From positions 62,001 through 126,000 of the forward strand of contig NIVC01001302.1 of assembly GCA_002269645.1 (NCBI GenBank): a DNA stretch of 64,000 nucleotides, given 5' to 3'. The position numbers were made by a program, and so were the translations under genes. Under the pieces are notes generated by a model, which worked only from the letters and a program-made list of their open reading frames with translations, did not search any database and had not been told where the DNA came from. The DNA is from Macrostomum lignano. Lineage: Eukaryota. This document shows positions 60,336 to 64,000 of the stretch, piece after piece; position 1 is the stretch's first letter, and every line of letters starts with the position of its first letter.

Positions 60336-63300
60336 TTGTGGGACGATGAGCCAGTAAGTGGCATAGAAAAAAAGGCGAGCGAAGCGAGAATTTTTTTCTA
60401 TGGTGCTTACTTTTGCGAAATCGTCCCTGATAAGATTGGGTAACGGTGTCACATAGGAAAATGACGTTTTTCAACTTTGAAACGCTGCGCATAAAAAACG
60501 GTACGACCGATTTACAAACAGTTTTTGCCAAAATGTGTCAAAGACCTAGCGCTATCGGATGCACAATAGTTGGTTGCTATGGCAACGCGTTTTGGTTGCC
60601 ATGGCAACCAAAAACTGCGTTTTTTCGACTTTGTCAAAAACTTTGATCTCAAAAAATAAGGATTGAGAATATGGCAGCGCTTAGCGAGTGGGCTCAGTAA
60701 ACGCGGGCATTCAAACGCTACAATGATCAGAAATGGATTTTTTGATTGTACTTTAACTTTTAGGGTAAAAGTGCAAAAAACGTGTTTTTTGAGGTCGAAA
60801 AATCGGCATTTTTTTCAACTTTGCCTCACCGCAGCGAAAAGGACGCGCGATAGCGCGGCCTTTGAGCTGCCTCATAGCGTCAATAACACCTGGGGCTGTT
60901 TGATGCGCTATAGTTTTTAGGGCTAAAATGTACTTTTCACATGGCTGCCTATCTGCTGTTTAAAAGTACAAATTTTTAGTGCACTTTTGTGAGGCCTATG
61001 GCGTCGAGATGGAAAACTTTATTTTTGCTGTTTTGTATACCAAATAACTCAAATGGATGTCTTCTATTCGGAAACATTGAGATTTGGCCGATTGGGCCAT
61101 CAATAACCTGCCTAGGTGCCAAAGAGTGCCTAAAAACGACATTTTCGAAAAATTGGGTCACGTTTTCAAAAAGTAGTCCCCAAAAATAAGGAAGCGTTTT
61201 ATGCTACGGTGTTGAGACTTTAACACGACGTGTCAAACATTTGGAAATTTGTTTTCCTGAATTTTCTAAGCATTGGGACCTACCTGTGCTGAGCAGTGAC
61301 CCGGAAACCAGGGAAAAAAGAGGCCGGGGGCTCTGCAGAAAATCAAACGTTGTTAAGGAAATTTTTTTAAAATGGGGCGAATTTTTTCGAGTGTAGTGTC
61401 AAATTGTAGCCCATCGGATGCCCTTTTGAATGACATAAGACACTCCTGAAAAAACCCCTGTTAACAGGTACTTTTTACCTGTTAAGTGAAAAACGGCCCA
61501 TTTGGGGGTACAAACTTTGAAGTCGAAAAATAAGAAATTTTGCGCACCGATTTTTCTGCATTTTCAATATTGTTTAGTCGAATAGCTAAAGTTTCACCGG
61601 TCATACGCCAATATGGCTGGAAAATTCGTATTTTTGAGCAAACTGCATCTGATTTTGAAAAATGCAATTTTTCGGCCAATTTTTTGTACATGTTTTTCAA
61701 CCTTGCCCGTACTGCAGCGAAAAGGACGCGCAATAGCGCGGCTTTTGAGCTGCTGCATAATGTAAACAACACCTGGGGCTTTTAGATGCGCTATAATTTT
61801 TTGGGCTAAAATGTACTTTTGACATGGCTGCCTATCTGCACTTTAAAAGTACAAACCGTTTGTGCACTTTAAAGAGGCTTATCCTATACAGATGCAAATC
61901 TTGATTTTTTCAATTTTTCAACCCAAATCACTCAAATGGATGTCTTTTATTCGGAAATGCTGAGATCTGCTTGATTGGGCCATTCATTGCTGCTCTATAT
62001 GGCTACAAGGGTCAAAAAGAGTGTTTTTGAAAATTTGGGTCACGTTTTCAAAAAGTAGTCTCCAAAAATAAGAAAGTGTTTTAAGCTACGGTGTTGAAAT
62101 TTTAACAAAACGTGTCAAACATATGGAAATTTGTTTTCCTAAATTTTCTAAGCATTTGGACCTACCTGTGCGGAGCAGTGACCCGGAAACCGGGGAAAAA
62201 AGAGGCCGGGGGACTCGACCAAAAAAGCATATGTTGTTAAAGAAAAATTTTTATTACTGGGCGAATTTTTTCGAATGTGGTGTCAAATTGTAGCCCATCG
62301 GATGCCCTTTTGAATGACATAAGACACTCCTGAAAAAACCCCTGTTAACAGGTACTTTTTACCTGTTAATTGAAAAACGGCCCTTTTGGGGTACAAACTT
62401 TGAAGTCGAAAAATAAGAAATTTTGCGCACCGATTTTTCTGCATTTTCAATATTGTTTAGTCGAATAGCTGAAGTTACACCGGTCATACGCCAATATGGC
62501 TGGAAAATTCGTATTTTTGAGAAAATTGGCTCCGAATTTTGAGTAGGCCATTTTTGGGCAAATTTTGAGCATACTTTTGCTAATAACTCTGCATTGGCGA
62601 GACCTAGAGACTCAAGTTTGGTGTCTAAAAACAGCACTATGGATGCATTATGCAGCTAAATCAGTTTTGAAAACTGATTCTTAGGTTAACAGGTCTTAAT
62701 ACCTGTTTGATTACCTGCCAGAACAGGTGAAAATTAATATTTTGGCGCCTAGCAGCCGAAAAATTTGTTGACATAATTTGAAAATGCATTGGATGAATGC
62801 GCCTTGATGTTATCTCTGTAACGACATGCGACTCGTATTTTTAGGTAGAAGCGTTGCGATGCAACGAGCAGAAATGTATGAAAAAGCAGAAAAAATGGTA
62901 GAAATGGCTGCTATTAGCGATATTCGATATAAAATACGTGTACAATAGGCCAACTTAGTAAGCAATTTGTGGCTCAGTGGCAGAGTTAGTTTCCATATAA
63001 TTCAGTGCTGCAGGGTTCGATTCCCAAGAGATCCGAAAAATTTTTAGTTTAAAGTTCTTTTAGAGCAAACAGTTTTTTAGTATTTTTATTTCTCTAACTA
63101 TTATGTTTTTTATACAATTAAATTACATTTATTTAAATTTATTTTTCTTTTTATACGTATTTAAAGAGTAACAGTGAATCTTTTAGTGCGGCACGTATGA
63201 TTGTTAGTGCAAAAAGTATATTACGATACATGTCGGCAAGCAAGTATTTGATGTCTGGTCGTTTGAAGGCTAGAATATAGTTGTAACATATTACAAAGAC

Positions 63301-64000
63301 GTGTTTAGATGTGGGAAAAGTTCTCGAGGGGTGGTGGAGCGGTGGGGGAGCCAGCCCCCTTTACCACTAGACTAACTAATGCCAGGGGCGTGGGGGGCGG
63401 CTAGCCCCCCACTATACCACTATACCACTAGACTAACTAATGCCAGGGGCGTGGGGGGCGGCCAGCCCCCACTATACCACTAGACTAACTAATGCCAGGG
63501 GCGTGGGGGGCGGCCAGCCCCCCACTATACCACTAGACTAACTAATGCCAGGGGCGTGGGGGGCGGCCAGCCCCCTACTATACCACTAGACTAACTAATG
63601 CCAGGGGCGTGGGGGGGCGGCTAGCCCCCCACTATACCACTATACCACTAGACTAACTAATGCCAGGGGCGTGGGGGGCGGCCAGCCCCCCACTATACCA
63701 CTAGACTAACTAATGCCAGGGGCGTGGGGGGCGGCCAGCCCCCACTATACCACTAGACTAACTAATGCCAGGGGCGTGGGGCGGCGAGCCCCCCACTATA
63801 CCACTAGACTAATAAATGCCAGGGGCGTGGGGGGCGGCCAGCCCCCACTATACCACTAGACTAACTAATGCCAGGGGCGTGGGGGGCGGCCAGCCCCCCA
63901 CTATACCACTAGACTAACTAATGCCAGGGGCGTGGGGGCGGCCAGCCCCCACTATACCACTTAGACTAACTAATGCCAGGGGCGTGGGGGCGGCCAGCCC
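60336..64000 (+). mobile_element. Helentron/HINE-like element, unit 3 (cut by the window end)
   Basis: Same sequence; ORF-track offsets are 4226 and 4221. Confidence 0.8.

Noticed and set aside
51863-62637. Short repeated ORFs in the 4.2-kb units
   Set aside because: They are 61-98 aa, AT-rich and lack Rep, helicase or any other motif, so they are likely chance ORFs copied with the unit.

Overview
Eukaryotic (invertebrate animal) genomic DNA, very rich in repeats. The GC-rich exons with poly-Q/A/G runs and minisatellite-filled introns resemble what I know of the flatworm Macrostomum lignano, but the species is not verified. There is one clear host gene: an 8-exon Ack/TNK2-family non-receptor tyrosine kinase (SAM-kinase-SH3-CRIB, Ack-like/PR2 type, + strand, 39828-49691). 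All its splice phases are consistent, but it has a single 1-bp frameshift in a G run. A possible orphan two-exon gene lies at 2318-3498. The rest is mobile DNA and tandem repeats: (i) a head-to-tail pair of non-autonomous Helitrons (13914-24318, minus strand) filled with a 23-bp satellite, the second copy holding a hAT element that itself holds a mariner; (ii) a 5'-truncated Loa/R1-like LINE with a nearly intact ORF2 and a 12-bp TSD; (iii) several LINE 3' ends with trinucleotide tails, hAT MITEs, a Tc1/IS630-like remnant and a SINE; (iv) a tandem array of at least three near-identical 4.2-kb Helentron/HINE-like units (51889 to the window end). Each 4.2-kb unit carries two RFX X-boxes, a Pol III A/B-box module and a 51-bp minisatellite whose monomer looks like a canonical Helitron 3' terminus (GC hairpin, 7 nt, CTAG). 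That last arrangement is the most unusual thing I found. No CRISPR, rRNA or intact tRNA genes were seen. All calls come from reading the sequence by eye; no searches were run.
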